From Bispira polyomma (taxonomy: Eukaryota): a stretch of 64,000 nucleotides of DNA. Made by a program: the position numbers and the translations under genes. Where the stretch lies: NCBI GenBank assembly GCA_965649765.1, contig OZ287759.1:35154001-35218000 (forward strand), written 5' to 3'. The number at the start of each line of letters is the position of its first letter. The stretch's first letter is position 1. This document shows positions 12,290-26,363 of this stretch, piece after piece. Under the pieces are notes generated by a model, which worked only from the letters and a program-made list of their open reading frames with translations, searched no databases and had not been told where the DNA came from.

Positions 12290-12850
12290 AGATTCAAATG
12301 ATGTGAGAAGCTACCAAGCTAAACAAGGGTCAGATAAAAAATTGGGGGGGGGGGCTAGGGAGCAGTAGATTTGTGTATCGTCCGCATAAAAGCGATAGTT
12401 AATATTCTGGTGTTAGAATATTATTTTCTAGATGGAGTTGTGTACAGTGAAAATAGAAGGAGTCGTGAGACAGACCCTGTGGGACACAGGACCGGAGATC
12501 AAAAGGGAAAGACTTGACACCACTGACCCTGATGACTGATAGAGTATCCTGTGATCAATTGTGTCGAACGCAACAGGCAAGTCAAAAGGGGTTAGGGCAA
12601 CTACGCTATTTCTATCCAAGAACATGTTGTTATCACTGCTAGTTTACAGTAGTGCCGTTTCAGTTGAATGGAATTGTCTGTAGGCTGATTTGTGTGACAT
12701 AACCATGTATGGTTGGTGAACAAGTGTTCATATATTTGAAGTGCAACAGCTTTCTCAATCAACTTAGAGACAGAGCTCATAATTTGATACTGATTTGTAA
12801 TTGTTAAGGTTATTTCAGTCTAACTTTGGCTTATTTAGTAGAGGTATACA
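12290..12850 (-). mobile_element. L2/CR1-clade LINE reverse transcriptase remnant
   Basis: Minus strand gives FDLPVAFDTIDHRIL and YADDTQIY motifs, plus an upstream QSAYRQFHSTETAL-like motif. Confidence 0.8.
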
Positions 12851-13180
12851 CAGAGGTATATGTTTTCCTTGACCCATGCCATAACTTTCCACACAGTTCT
12901 GTGATAATTGCTTCAGTAGTTATTTTCCATAATCCTGCTAAGAAATAAATCAACAAACAATGAGGCAGAGTACAAATCTCACCTGCTGGCAGAGGGCTTT
13001 GGAATAAGTCAAACTATGACTCTCTGATAGCCTGTATAGTCTTCAATAAAAGCATAATTTAATATTATATGCAATTGCAGTGGAAAGTTAATACTTCTGT
13101 CGCTGTACATGTTTCCATTCGGAGAATTACAATTTTGACGGTTATACTCTTAAGTGGACAAAGCCTTTTATTCTGTACAG

Positions 13181-13670
13181 GCCTTGGTGGACAGTTCTAA
13201 CACACTTGGTTTCCACCTCCAAGGTCCCGGTTTGTGGGGCCGCGGTGGCCTAGCAAGCATTGCGCTTCACAATCACTTGTCTCTCACCTCTGGGCAGCGT
13301 GAGTTCGAATCCCGTCATTGCCTATGTGGGAAAGGTAGTAGTTCCTTACTGTGCCACTGGTTTCAGTGCAGAACCTTAATCAACTGTATGCAATGTTTCC
13401 TCTAGCATTTCCAACTACCCGTCCCAATATAACCTAAACAGGTAATAACTAGAGTGGACGTTAAATTTCCCAATTTAAAAAAACAAAACAAAAAAAAGGT
13501 CCCGGTTTGAATCTCGGCAGGGGCTTTAAGTGGGAAAGTTGGCAGTTACTTGCCAATAGTTGCTGGTTTCCAGTGTCGTACCTTCACCAACTGATATACA
13601 CTGGTTTCCTCTGGTGTATAAGTTATACAATGTGTTGAAAGCGATGTTACATCCAAATCCAATCGAATCC
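13181..13670 (+). mobile_element. Older tRNA-derived SINE split by a younger SINE
   Basis: Head gccttggtggacag...ggtcccggtttg|aatctcggc (B box), continuing gtgggaaagttggcagttacttgcc...ggtttcctc...tgttgaaagcgatgttac. Same family recurs on the minus strand at ~53250-53410. Confidence 0.65.
13235..13495 (+). mobile_element. Young tRNA-derived SINE, copy 1
   Basis: GGGGCCGCGGTGGCCTAG head, GTTCGAATCC B box, A-rich tail; 14-bp TSD aaggtcccggtttg. Confidence 0.9.
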
Positions 13671-13910
13671 AATATTTCAATTTTTTTTACATATCATGTA
13701 ACTAAGCTTTAAACCAAGGTTATTTTATGTAAGTAAAAAAATGTAATTTTTACACCCAAGGTGCAAAATACAGTCTTGATTTATCAAGTTCTTTTTTTTT
13801 TCTGGACTTCAAGGCCTCATTATATTATTTGAACCAGTCACACTTGTCCAGACCTGTAATCTTCTGATATTTACTTACAACATTAGTATTGATTTTAAAC
13901 AGATGGTTTT

Positions 13911-14089
13911 TACGGAGCCCCTATTAGGACATCAATAATTTTTTTTTTCATTTTATAAGGTCGTGATCACCAGATTAGTCGTGATCATGAGATCATCTGG
14001 TGATCAGGACTTATTAAGTGGTGATCACGAGATCTCACAACTTTATAAATGAAAAATATATACATTGATGTCCCAATAGGGGCTCCGTA
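13911..14089. mobile_element. MITE with ~26-bp TIRs, TA ends and internal tcgtgatcac palindromic subrepeats
   Basis: tacggagcccctattaggacatcaat ... attgatgtcccaataggggctccgta. Confidence 0.8.
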
Positions 14090-14569
14090 GCTTTTTACCT
14101 AAATTCAATAATACATTCTATTGTGCTATATGTTTACTTTATTAATTATTCCTTTGGGACTTCCACATTCTCACATAAATGTTGGATATTTTTGTAAGTG
14201 AACACTAAACATAAATCAAGATCGTTTGCAACCCACACAAACATTATTTAATAAAATGTGTAGGTATTTGATTGTACATACTTGAGATTCAAACCAACCC
14301 AGGGTTGTCAATAAATCACCCGCCCCCCTCCCCACAAACACACATGAACACATCCCCCAAACCTCACCTCTTTATGCCCCAATCATCTGCCAACAACCCG
14401 CCCCACCCCCGGGTAATTTACTGTCACACAAACGGTTGGTCCCCACACCTCAAAGGGCTTTAGACGTCACCACTAGACCTTGGTAGTAGCCTTGTCAAGT
14501 CTCCCATTATAAAGGGCATTATAAACTGCCGACTATGTAAATGTGTGTGTGTGTTGGTTTATAGTCTGG

Positions 14570-14880
14570 TATAGTCTATTGAGGTCTCAGGCGACTTAAC
14601 AATTTACACTCCAGCCTAATTCTTCAACTTATACTTATCAACCATTGTTCAGTCTCAGCTCCCTCAGGAAGCATACTAGCCGTGCTGTCACATATGGCGC
14701 ACAAAGACTAACCCATGAGGCCAGGTACCTATTTATACACCTGAGTAGAGAGGGACAACTTTGTGTAAAGCACCTTGTCCAAGAGTAAAATCTCCAAGCC
14801 TGCAGTGAGGATTGAACTGGGGCCCTGAGATCACTCAGATTCCAAGTCTGACACTCTAACCACTAAGCCACAGAGACCAC
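14570..14880 (-). mobile_element. CORE-type tRNA-derived SINE
   Basis: Reverse complement has a tRNA-like head gtggcttagtggttagagtg followed by cttggacaaggtgctttacac...ctctctactcaggtgtataaataggtacc; homologous to 52965-53245. Confidence 0.7.
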
Positions 14881-16859
14881 TACACTACAGGGGATGACAC
14901 AGCACTAAATAATCCATGTAAAATCAACACATCACCAACACAGAATCTTTTCCTTTGCAGCTATTTGTGTAAAAAGAATATGGAAATATGCAACCGTTTT
15001 TTAGAGATTTCTTATCATTCCAATTGCCGTGATGTGTAGTGTAGTGACGTGTAGGGAGCAGTCTGAATAATCAAATGTGCATTGTTTTATTTCTATCTTT
15101 TTGTAGTGATGTGTCGTGTAGTCGGTGGTCTGTAACACCCTTAACACGGTACAAATAAAATGCCACAGTGAAAAGTCAATTTTAAAAACATTAAAACTGT
15201 GTTTGCATCTGAACAAATCCATCAATATGGTAAGCACACATTTTCTTAACAGCTAAGTATACAATCCACAGTCCATCATCACCACAGAACAGTCTTAATG
15301 AACACACAACTTCAATTATCTGCCATATTCTCGCCTAAGAAAGGCTACTTTTCTGTTGTAAATCGCATAGCACTATTTCTAGTAAGACATTCACCCTCAC
15401 CACTTTGTATAAAGTCTCATGGAGTATATAACTATAAATATGGTTACAGATGTGTGATGTTTTATGTATGTGAAATTTCTTAAAAATACCATGCATTATA
15501 AATATATCCTCGAAAATAAAGACGCTGTGAATTAAGTCTACCTTGCCACTGGTCCTAAGGTCACCTTAAGGTGGTTTCACACACCCACTCACTGGTGTAA
15601 ACTTCTACCCCATATGTCGTGACTTTCTGTAATGCCACAAGCTCAAATCTTCCAAACAGGTTTGGGGGAGTTTGACAGAAATTACACCACAAATAATGAG
15701 GAAGATGTATTGAGCGACTTGATGTGTCTCTTTATAATCACTCTGCAAAGGAGGCTAGTTATAAGTAAATCTGTTAAAACTAAACTGGGTGTGTTTTGGT
15801 GTGGGACACTGAACACTTAGATATTGGATTTAAAAAAAACCCGCCAGTTTGAATTCAATGACTAAAAGAACTAGTTGTAGGGGGGAGAGAGTGAAGTCAC
15901 ATGACTTATTTCTGTACGAGGACCTCTTAGTTCACCTCATGGTGGTAATGTGTCAGTCCTATGCTTACTTTTTTGATTGATCACACGTGAGTACTTCTGT
16001 TTAGAAAACCAATAGGGAATATTTCACTTAAAGAGAGAGCTATCTTTGTATTTTTGTTGTGGATTGGTTTGAATGACAATAGAAAGAGGGAGGTGATTTA
16101 CATCAGCTTACAGGACACAATATAGAGACCTCGAAGTTTGGAGAGCTTCATTGAAGGTGTACCCATACATACAGACAGAGATATCAAAAGTGAATGTACC
16201 AGAAAGTCAATGTGTTCCTCTGTCAACAACTTCCACAGGGTGTACAGTGTGTGACCTTTGGACTTTTGTGAATAAGATTGTCACACAGAAAACTCAATGT
16301 CTATATGCTGGTGTGTTAACTACAGAGCTGTCATCTATATCTAGAATATTCCACAATCTTGTTGGACCCTAGGATTTGCATTCTGTGATATTTACAGACA
16401 CGAGCAGCTAAGATCCTTTCTGACAGTAGGCTTAGTGGTAAGTTACCCAATTTACTGTTTTCAATAACTTAGCTTTTTTTGTGGTTGTGCTGTAAGATAA
16501 GAGAAGATATAACATACATATAATTATGTAGTATTACCGTATCAGAGAAGTTGTGTTTCTACTTGTAACTGAACATTGACTTGTACACCTGTCATGTGAC
16601 TTTTAATGTGAATTATGTGATTCTGTATACCAGTCATGTGACTGTGACAGTTGTGAAAGTAAGAAACATAGCCAACCTTTTAAAAAACTTACCCATTATA
16701 CTGACAAAGTTACAGCAATGTGAACTACTCTTTGGTAATAGCATTAATCTTATAAAATCACTACACACATGTCAAACAATTAGACCTCTAGAAGTATGCC
16801 AGTTAAGTGCCAAACACATGGTGTAGTAGAGATATGTGTACTTGCTATTGTATCAACCT

Positions 16860-17740
16860 GTAACCCCCTCATGGTCATCCGGTGGCTTGTTTATCTAATC
16901 ACAACAGCTTTACGATTACCATGTGGCCATCAGAGTGAACATTACCCCAACTGACCTCCACTGACCACCAACAGCCACTACTTGTCACTCTATACACACA
17001 CTCATGGTCATCTGGTGTCTTATGGTGTGAGTTAGCCTAACTGACAATCACTGACCACCAATAACCAGTACACATGTCAGTGCATACACCTGTAGTTAAC
17101 CTATTCTGTCATGTAGTGGCTTGCTTTCTAATAACACGGGGCCGCGGTGGCCTAGTGGTTAGCAAGTATTGCAATTCACAATCATTGGTGAGTTCATATG
17201 GCGTGAGTTCGAATCCTGTCGATGCCTATGTGGGAAAAGTGGTAGTTTCTTACTGCGGGCTGCTGGTTTCAGTGCAGAACCTTGAACGACTGTATGCAGT
17301 GTTTCCTCCAGTGTTTCCAACTACCCGTCCCAATATAACCTACTAAAAGGTACCAGAGTGGCCGTTAAATATCCAAATTCAAATTCTAATAACACAAGTT
17401 TTACCGAGATGGACATTAGGGACACCTGACCATCACTGACCACATGCAGCCAGTACTTGTCACTGTATATACCTGTAGTTAACCCACTCTTTCATTTGGT
17501 GGAGTGCTCTCTAATCACACTAGTTTTACCTAGACGGCCATCAGGATAGGCATTTACCTAACTGACATCCACTGACCCATCAATAGCCAGTACTGTATGC
17601 ACATGTATTTAACCCACTCTGTCATCTGGTGGCTTGGCTTTCTAATCACACAATTTCAGTTGTACCTAGGTTGTCATTAGGCTGACCTTTACCCTAGCTG
17701 ACCTTCACTGACCCACAATAGCCAGTATCCCTATATAGAT
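16860..17740. repeat. Diverged ~125-bp tandem repeat (about 5 units) interrupted by a SINE
   Basis: Recurring aacccactctgtcatctggtggctt...ctaatcac...actgacc...agccagtac. Confidence 0.75.
17138..17383 (+). mobile_element. Young tRNA-derived SINE, copy 2
   Basis: Same family as copy 1; (CAAATT)n tail; 12-bp TSD ttctaataacac. Confidence 0.9.
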
Positions 17741-18299
17741 GTGAATGCTTGCAGTCTTTCTGCTTCTTTTTAAAATTGCTAACATCTTTAAGCCTTATCT
17801 CCTGAGGTTTTAAGTATGTTAGTTGACTGCTTACACGTGACATCCTTTGAGGGCCTTGCAGGTATAAGCAGAGTGGCGCATGCGGGCACACATTTTGATT
17901 TCTGAGAAGGAAGCACTTTTTACCTAACGTTGCACAGTATATACGACTTTCCATGCAAGACGCTTTAGAATCGGGGTGAAAATGAAAACATCACTACCCC
18001 ATTCACTCAGTCTCTGCCCTATTATTGGACTAGTATCTTTGGACATTGAGACTGTCTTTCATAAAGTGTATGAGACTCTACATAGCCTCATATTGCATTA
18101 TTTTTCTGACACCTCACTCACTTGTTTTCTGTACACGTAAATTTAGGTTGTACAGGTGATGTAACCCTGCTCTGTCAATATATTAATCATGTTAAAGAAA
18201 TAGTTCGAATCACAGTGTACATAAGCCACACTTAGCCTACGCCTCCTTTCAGCACATTCCGACCAGTCGGCCAATTTAAATGTGTCCAATCTGATCCGA

Positions 18300-18995
18300 T
18301 GTCGGCAGATTTTACGTGTTTCCTTTTATCCTATGTACACTCAAAATTTGTCGGTGGATTTGGATATTTAACGCCCACTCTAGTACCTGTTTAGGTTATA
18401 TTGGGAGGGTAGTTGGAAATGCTGGAGGAAACATTGCATACAGTTGATCAAGGTTCTGCACTGAAACCAGCGGCCCACACTAAGGAACTACCACCTTTCC
18501 CACATAGGCATCGACGGGAGTCGAACTCACGCCACCCAGAGGTGAGAGACCAGTGATTGTGAAGCGCAATGCTTGCTAACCACTAGGCCACCGCGGCCCC
18601 CTTAAAAATTTGTCGGATGTTGACTTTAAAATAGCAGGAAAAAGCTTATTTTATTGTGATTACTGTGCTTTTTCCCCACCAAAATCCCTTTAGAAACATT
18701 TCAGATGTTTATGTTTAGATGGGTCCCCCATTTAACTTCCTTTTCTACTGTCAATAATACGTCACAGCAACGTCGTAATGACGTCAGTTTTGCAGCTACG
18801 TCACAACTTACGCATAAGGAAGTAAAATTGGGTACCCTTATTTAATTTTAAATATTTCAGCTGTTTCTTCACAGATTCTGATGCAATAAAAAGCACAGTC
18901 ATCACAATAAAATAAGCCTCCTCCTGCCATTTTTAAAGTTATCATCGGACGAATTTTGAGTATACATCGGGTGAAAGGAAACACAACGTCGACCG
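18300..18995. mobile_element. Long-TIR non-autonomous DNA element hosting SINE copy 3
   Basis: Left arm gtgtttccttttatcc...ctcaaaatttgtcggatgttgactttaaaa...gcttattttattgtgattactgtgcttttt mirrors right arm aaaaagcacagtcatcacaataaaataagc...tttaaagttatcatcggacgaattttgag...aaaggaaacac. Confidence 0.75.
18355..18604 (-). mobile_element. Young tRNA-derived SINE, copy 3
   Basis: Reverse complement of the family; 12-bp TSD aaaatttgtcgg. Confidence 0.9.
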
Positions 18996-20249
18996 AAATA
19001 AAAAAAATAAGTAAAAATTGATGGCCGGATAGAAGCTAAAAACATACCCTGAAAAATATATCAAGCGTTGCTGATACTTAAGACTATTATTTAGATTTTT
19101 TAGCATTTTCATAATATTAATTACTTAGGTATATTCAAACCAATTTGTGACATTATGTATCTTACTGAAAAATAAAAATAATTTGAAACTGGAAACCAAA
19201 TCAGTTTATTTTCTGTTAATGATTACTTATAAAACGGGTGTAGTGTATGTGAGTTTAAGTTTTATAAATAAATCATTTTCGTGTGTTTAGAATTGTTTTA
19301 CTTGCTTCAACTAGATATTCAGCCAATTAAGGCCACAGACAACTGATAGATATGATGCTCTTGAAAAAGGTCTATACTTGTTATGTAACCAAGATTGGTA
19401 ATAAACACTTACAAAGTGAGTTATTGGTCCATTTTCTATTGTATTTTATCTCTGACACATCTCCATATATTACGTCAAAGAGACTATTTTTAATATCTGT
19501 TGTTTATTGGTTTCCAGCTGTATTAGTAAATCTGTGATTTATTGGTGTTTATTACTATGACAGAGATCCACTGGAAAACTCAGGGCCAAATTTGTAACTT
19601 TTTTTTTACACCTTACCAACCATATGGTGGCTGGAAATCAAGGAAATATAGGTGCTTGAGTTGTCTCACTGGGTTGTTATTTTACAAACTGTCAGTATAT
19701 TTTGTTAGATATCTTGTAAGGTATGTTCCCTTGTAAACAATTGTTATTTTACAATTATAGAGCAATACAATTTCTAATGTAATTTCGTGTAATAGTATTA
19801 CCTTTTTTACCAAGTAATATGCTAATATATCCAGGACATAAAAGTCGAGTTTGTTACTTAATCTTATCTCTATGTTATGGCTATCTGCCCCTCATCTCCA
19901 CCCCTTACACAAGAATTCCATCTGTCACCATAGTGTGCTGACGTCTTTAACTTGACACTGGAATGTTGAACCAAACGACAGTCATAATTATTCCTGTAAA
20001 AGATGTGTTTATAACCTTAAGGTTTCACTTAAAGTCTTAATTTACGTCCTGACATGTAAAAGTGTTCTACAGAAATAGATTGGTAAAAAGTGCAAAGAGG
20101 TTTCAAGAAATGGACAAAAATATAATTATATATGTTTCACCTTGATATGTTTTGGAAAAGCCTCCATTTAATCAGATACATATTATATTGATTTACATAT
20201 AATTATATCCCACCTTTTACTGCGCATATCCTACTTTAGATAAACAGGG

Positions 20250-20501
20250 AGGCCGTGGTGGCCTAGTGGTTAGCAAGCATTGCGCTTCACAATCACTGGT
20301 CTCTCACCTCTGGTCGGTGTGAGTTCGAAACCCGTCGATGCCTATGTGGGAAAGGTGGTAGTTCCTTACTGTGGGCCGCTGGTTTCAGTGCAGAACCTTG
20401 ATCAACTGTATGCAGTGTTTCCTCCAGCGTTTCCAACTACCTGTCCCAATATAACCTAAACAGGTACTAGGGTGGACGTTAAATATCCAAATTAAAAAAA
20501 A
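20250..20501 (+). mobile_element. Young tRNA-derived SINE, copy 4
   Basis: Poly-A tail; TSD agataaacaggg. Confidence 0.9.
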
Positions 20502-22409
20502 AGATAAACAGGGTTCCTTTAAAGATAAAAACATAAAGAAAGAGACTTTCTGTGCATTAAGTGCGATTGTGTACATCATCTAATTCTATAAAAAAAACTC
20601 ATGTATCTAGTCCAGCTTTAAGTTCTATGTGTAAATTGTCTACTTAAACTGCAGCAAATATGATCAATCAATACCAATATTCTACATGCAATGCTGACTG
20701 TATAATTTACTCCTTCACCGTTTCTATTTTGAGTGATATCGTCTTGTTTACCATAAACTGCTACCTCTACCATTAACTCAATCAGTCAGACCTCAGTTGA
20801 CGTAGGAGTTTTCACCAACCATTTATCAAGCACACCGAACGAGTTATTTCCTGAGGTGTTTCACCTATGAGGTCAAGGTAGCCTTGTTTATTGTCAATTA
20901 AAGCACATACTTACGTCTTTAGCTCTGTGAGTCTAACATGAGGACTGGACTGGTTTATGACGGCAGATAATTGTGTTCAGAATTTTCTTTAAAGCCTTAA
21001 AATTGATGGAGGTTTAAGGACGTTCAAAACACGGGTGATTACGGGTTTACTAGAAAAAACATTTAGGATATGTAATTGAAAGTTTACTAAATGATGCAGT
21101 ACTACCCATGTTTTGTGATATAGAGATTGAATTGGAAGCATGCTAACTAAAACACAACACTAATTAAAGAGCTGAGCCCTCTTTCAAACTAACATGATAT
21201 TAATGACTAAATTTTAGGTATGCTGACTAATAAAACATTCCTAATTTAGACATTCCGGATTCAGAGAACAAAGTTTAAACTTTTATCAAAAAGGGTTATG
21301 TACACGTTTTTATACATCAACTGCGTCTGACTTTAACCCATATCCAGATTTGTCTTTACACAGTTGGTCTGCAGTCTATTGTGTCAAACCCATCTGTAAG
21401 TCTAACAAAACTGGTGTTCTTGTTTCTTTGTTAACGAGATTGTGAGAACTTTTACTGTTATAGGTGTTACATTTTAGGTTCTTAGACTGGATGTAATATT
21501 GGCTACCACTTCACACATTTTAGGTTTTAAGAAAGTTGTCCTACTAAAGATTTTTGTAACAGTTGTTTCTACGATGGAAAAGGAAACAACATTGGCCTAT
21601 AATTTGTGAATGCACGATGTGTTTGCCAGCTTTAAATTTGATAGTAATTGCAATGTTCATTGTGATGTTGACACATTAAATGTGATAATTAAGACATTTT
21701 AAAAAATATCTTTCAAAAATTTAGAGCATAGTTTCAATGTAAGGTCTTGTAATGTCAACTGATTGATGGTATGTTCATGGTTGGATTAGTTAAATAAATG
21801 AATGGTCTTTAGAATAGTCAAACTCCTAATATCTGACCAAATTGCTCTTTTACCTCTGTATTTAAGTTTGTACCTTTAATAGTTTGTACGATTAATAAAA
21901 CATTAATTGTGGGCAATTTATTTACTAAAAACAAATTTTAGGCTCAAGTCTAATAGGTAAAGTGATTGTTTTGAGTTAAACCTGTTTAAAAATGTTCTTA
22001 TGGAAGAAATATATATATCATATATATCAGTAACTGATATGTCAATTTACTATGGTTTGAAATAAACAAGGACAAACTAATTGATATCCTTTGTAAATAT
22101 TTGTCCCAAACAGACATCAACCATCTCACATACCACATCACATCTGCCAACCCCTACCCTTAGTTCAAGGTCCACTGTTATTTGTCACTAATAAAGATAC
22201 TGCATTTATGACACTTTTGTAAACAGACCCACAAAAGGAGATGTATTGGCCAGGGTTGAGTTGGATACAGTGACAAATCCCCTACTATATAGGGGTATGT
22301 CAGTGATGAAGTGGTGTGTCTATATGATTAAATAGAGCCATTGGGAAACTGATGACTAACATTATAAGACACTCACCACTAGCCTTACCATAGGCGCATG
22401 TCTGTCATT

Positions 22410-23060
22410 TATTATTATTATGAATTTTTAACTCACTTTACTGATGCGAGGCATCTTGTAAAGCACAACAGCAGAATCATTAGTCCAATCATTAAGTCCA
22501 TGGACAATGCAAATTCGTAAGGAAGGAAGTGGGAGCGTGCACGAGGGAAGCTAAGGTGGGTAGGCAAGGTTAAAAAGATAGGTTTTAAGCTTTTTTCCTA
22601 AAACTGATAAGTGTGTTAATGGATCTGAGGTCGACTGGGAGACTGTTCCATAACCATGGAGTTGCATTGGAGAACGCTCTGAATCCCGCCTTCCTGATTG
22701 GTCTGACCGAAGACACAGAGAGTCTGTTGCCTCTCTTGCGGTTACTGAAGGAGAGAAGGGAGGCAAGGTAGGGGGCTGTTGAGTGACTACAGCCTTAAAA
22801 GTAGTAATGTGAATCTTGAACAAAATGCAAGAATGAATGGGCAGCCAGTGTAATATTTTGAGGTAAGGAGTGACTTCTGTGCAACAACCCAGGCGACAAA
22901 TGACCCTATATAGGTAGTTTTTGATGGACTGGAGCTTCTTAATGTGTGACTTGTTTGCTCCATACAAGAGAGAGTTGCAGTAGTTGAGGCGGCTACTCAC
23001 AAGGACATTTGCCACAGTTATTGCTGTGTCCATGGACAAGTGGTTTCTGATTTACTGAAT
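22410..23060 (-). mobile_element. L2-clade LINE 3' fragment
   Basis: ORF 22551-23039: LVSSRLNYCNSLLYG...KLQSIKN...TPYLKILHWLPI...FKI...LKTYLFNLAYPP, followed by a 3' UTR ending in (aat)n. Confidence 0.85.
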
Positions 23061-23224
23061 GTCTGTATCACTGGATATATCTACTAGAAAAAGTACCCTT
23101 AATAGAGACTCACCACTAGTTTTGTTTAAGACTGCTATATATCATACTTGATATTTTCTGCAATAATTTCAAAAAAATATCAACACATTGAATGGAGTAT
23201 AAACTACTCTTGGAATTATCAAGG

Positions 23225-23500
23225 AGTGATGTAGTCTATATTGCCCAGTTATTAAAGTGTTTAACTTTTGATCATCGCTGCTGGCCTGAAGATTTTATGG
23301 GCAAGATACTTTACAAAAGTTCCTCCTCTCCACCCAAGGGTATAAATGGGTACCTGGCTGCTAATGAGTGTGAGTGTTTAAGCAGTATATGTGGTAGCAT
23401 GGCTAGTATGCTTGCTTATGGAACTAAGAATAGTTTAAACTGTGAAGTCAGGTGAAACCACATCATGGGTGATATAACACCATAAACTTACTATTACAAT
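23225..23500 (+). mobile_element. Old CORE-type SINE
   Basis: atgggcaagatactttac...ctctccacccaagggtataaatgggtacctggc core motif. Confidence 0.55.
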
Positions 23501-25239
23501 TACAAGGAAAACTTCCTTGTCGAATCATCAGCTTCCTTGTCCAATTTTCAGCTTATAAAACCGATCTAATCATACCCTGGGCCTTTGACAAGGCTACTTC
23601 GATAAACAGAGAGTCCCTGGAATGTATATACTGAGTGTAGAACCATCAACAGGAGCTCAGTCTAAGGAGTCTGTGTGTTGTGATAAGTTTACTATAGTGT
23701 CATTATGAGTGGTACATATAGGTGAGATATAAACAGATTACAACAAATTCCATTGTTATCACATTTCGATAAGAAAGCAACCATGAAACAGTTCCTAAGT
23801 AGAAATATACCTATAATAGTAGAAATCGCGGGAAAGTCTCAAAGTCTAACAATTGAATATATATAAATAAAACACACGACAGGCTAGATTTACATGCAAA
23901 GTAGCTGGAACTATTCAGATGTACACATGTGAACTAAAATTAGGATAAATGTGTTTGGGTGTGTATCATAAATACACTTGTATTAAAATCTACCTGTCTG
24001 CACAATTAGCAGCCTAATCAACATGCTAGAGTGAATTTAATTTGAGTTTTTGTATGTCATTTCAGCCAATAATTAACTGAGTTTCGTAGTAACCTTGCCA
24101 AGACTTAATTTCGTGCATGTCGTGGGTTTTTTGGTGACTGTGACCTGCTATGACATGGACATTATAACTGTAAACGTCACGGTTTATCATCTCATACTTT
24201 GTAGTATGGACCCTTTACATAATTAAGGCATCAATAGACATGTAAATAAAACAACACATGACTAGGATTAGAGTAGAGGCTCTTTAGCTACTATCTCAGT
24301 CTGGACATTGAAGTGATGCTGGCAAATGCACTTGTCCTCAGACGGACTACTGTAACTCCCTCTTATATATACCGTGTCACTGTTCAACATTGTTTCTGTC
24401 GCTTGTTCGCTGAGTTAATCCAGAAGCCATATCGAACCCCCTTTTCAAAGTTCTACACTAACTTTTTCAATTCAAAATTGCATCATCTTAAAGCTAAATG
24501 TTCTTTTTTTGAGGCCTTTGTTGCTTGCTAAACCAGTAACTGGCAACTTGATCAAAGAAATTATACTCAAACTCATCCCAGAATGAAAGTTGGTGGTCAT
24601 CGTTTTACTTATACAGGTCTGATTGAATGGAACAAACTTCATGCAAATTTCTACAATCGGATACCTGAATCTAAAAGCATGCGATAAAAATAACAGCAAA
24701 ACTGCTGTGATAAATATGAATATAAATAACCAATACCAGGCTATATTCAGTTCGGCAGGTCATAGTATATACATCTAATTCTGTCCCATTCTACCGAGCT
24801 GTGAGATTTGAACCATTATAAAACAGAGAAGGATGTGATGGTACTGTCCAATTCACTGCACACATGTGGTATAGCTTTTAGTGTGGGAAGGCATGAGAGT
24901 AATTAAAGTAATCATAAACTTTACCAGACAAGTAATTAAACCTAAATACTTACTGTCACACTAAATCACCACTGAGACAAAAAATAGTATAAATTTTTGC
25001 TACATATTTAAAACGTTTTCATTTAAATAAAACGTCAAATATATCACCATAATTGACATATTTTGGTGAATGAATTGTGTTCAATATGATTAATGTATTT
25101 AGAAAATATGTATGAAGATACCAGTGGAATATATCTATTTCTATACCAGTACTTTATAAATAACTAAAAGTTATCTTTACTACTTGATATAATATTCTAT
25201 TTTGACCTTAGTTTTCGAATCTTTAGAACTTTGTTACAC

Positions 25240-26363
25240 TGAGACTATTTCAGATTGCTGGATATATAAAGCTGTCCTATTACCTGACTCCCCACCCTTC
25301 CATTGTTACACTAAGACTAGTTAAGATTGCTGGATATATAAAGCTGTCGTGTTACCTGACTCCCCACCCTTCCATTGACACCTGACTCCCCACCCTTCTA
25401 TTGACACCTGACTCCCCACCCTCCCATTGACACCTGACTCCCCACCCTTCTATTGACACCTGACTCCCCACCCTTCCATTCATACCTGACTCCGCACCCT
25501 TCTATTGACACCTGATTCCCCACCCTTCTATTGACACCTGACTCCCCACCATTCTATTGACACCTGGCTCTCCACCCTTCATTGACACCTGACTCCCCAA
25601 CCTTCCATTGACACCTGATTCCCCACCCTTCTATCGACACCTGACTCCCCACTATTCTATTGACACCTGACTCTCCACCCTTCCATTGACACCTGACTCC
25701 CCACCCTTCCATTGACACCTGACTCCCCACCCTTCTATTGACACCTGACTCCCCACCCTTCCATTGACACCTGACTCCCCACCCTTCCATTGACACCTGA
25801 CTCCCCACCCTTCTATTGACACCTGACTCCCCACCCTTCTTTTGAAACCTGACACCCCACCCTTCCATTGACACCTGACTCCCCACCATTCCATTGACAC
25901 CTGACTCCACACCCTTCCATTGACACCTGACTCCCCACCTTTCTATTGACACCTGGCTCCCCACCCTTCCATTAACACCTAACTCTCCACCCTTCTGTTG
26001 ACACCTGACTCCCCACCCTTTCATTGACACCTGACTCCCCACCTTTCTATTGACACCGGGCTCCACACCCTTCTATTGACACCTGACTCCCTACCCCTTG
26101 CTTGACACCGGACTCCCCACCCTTCTTTTGACACCTGACTCCCCACCCTTCTTTTGACACCTGGCTCCCCTTCCTTCCATTGACACCTGACTCCCCACCC
26201 TTCCATTGACACCTGACTCCACCCATCTATTGACACCTGACTCCCCACCCTTCTATTGACACCTGACTCCCCACCCTTCCATTGACACCTGACTCCCCAC
26301 CCTTCCATTGACACCTGACTCCCCACCCTTCTATTAACACCTGACTCCCCACCTTCTATTGAC
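25240..26363. repeat. 27-bp C-rich minisatellite (~38 copies) preceded by a ~71-bp duplication
   Basis: Unit ttgacacctgactccccacccttc(c/t)a; minus strand reads ggggagtcag|gtgtc, with two terminal gtcag|gtaa copies. Confidence 0.95.
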
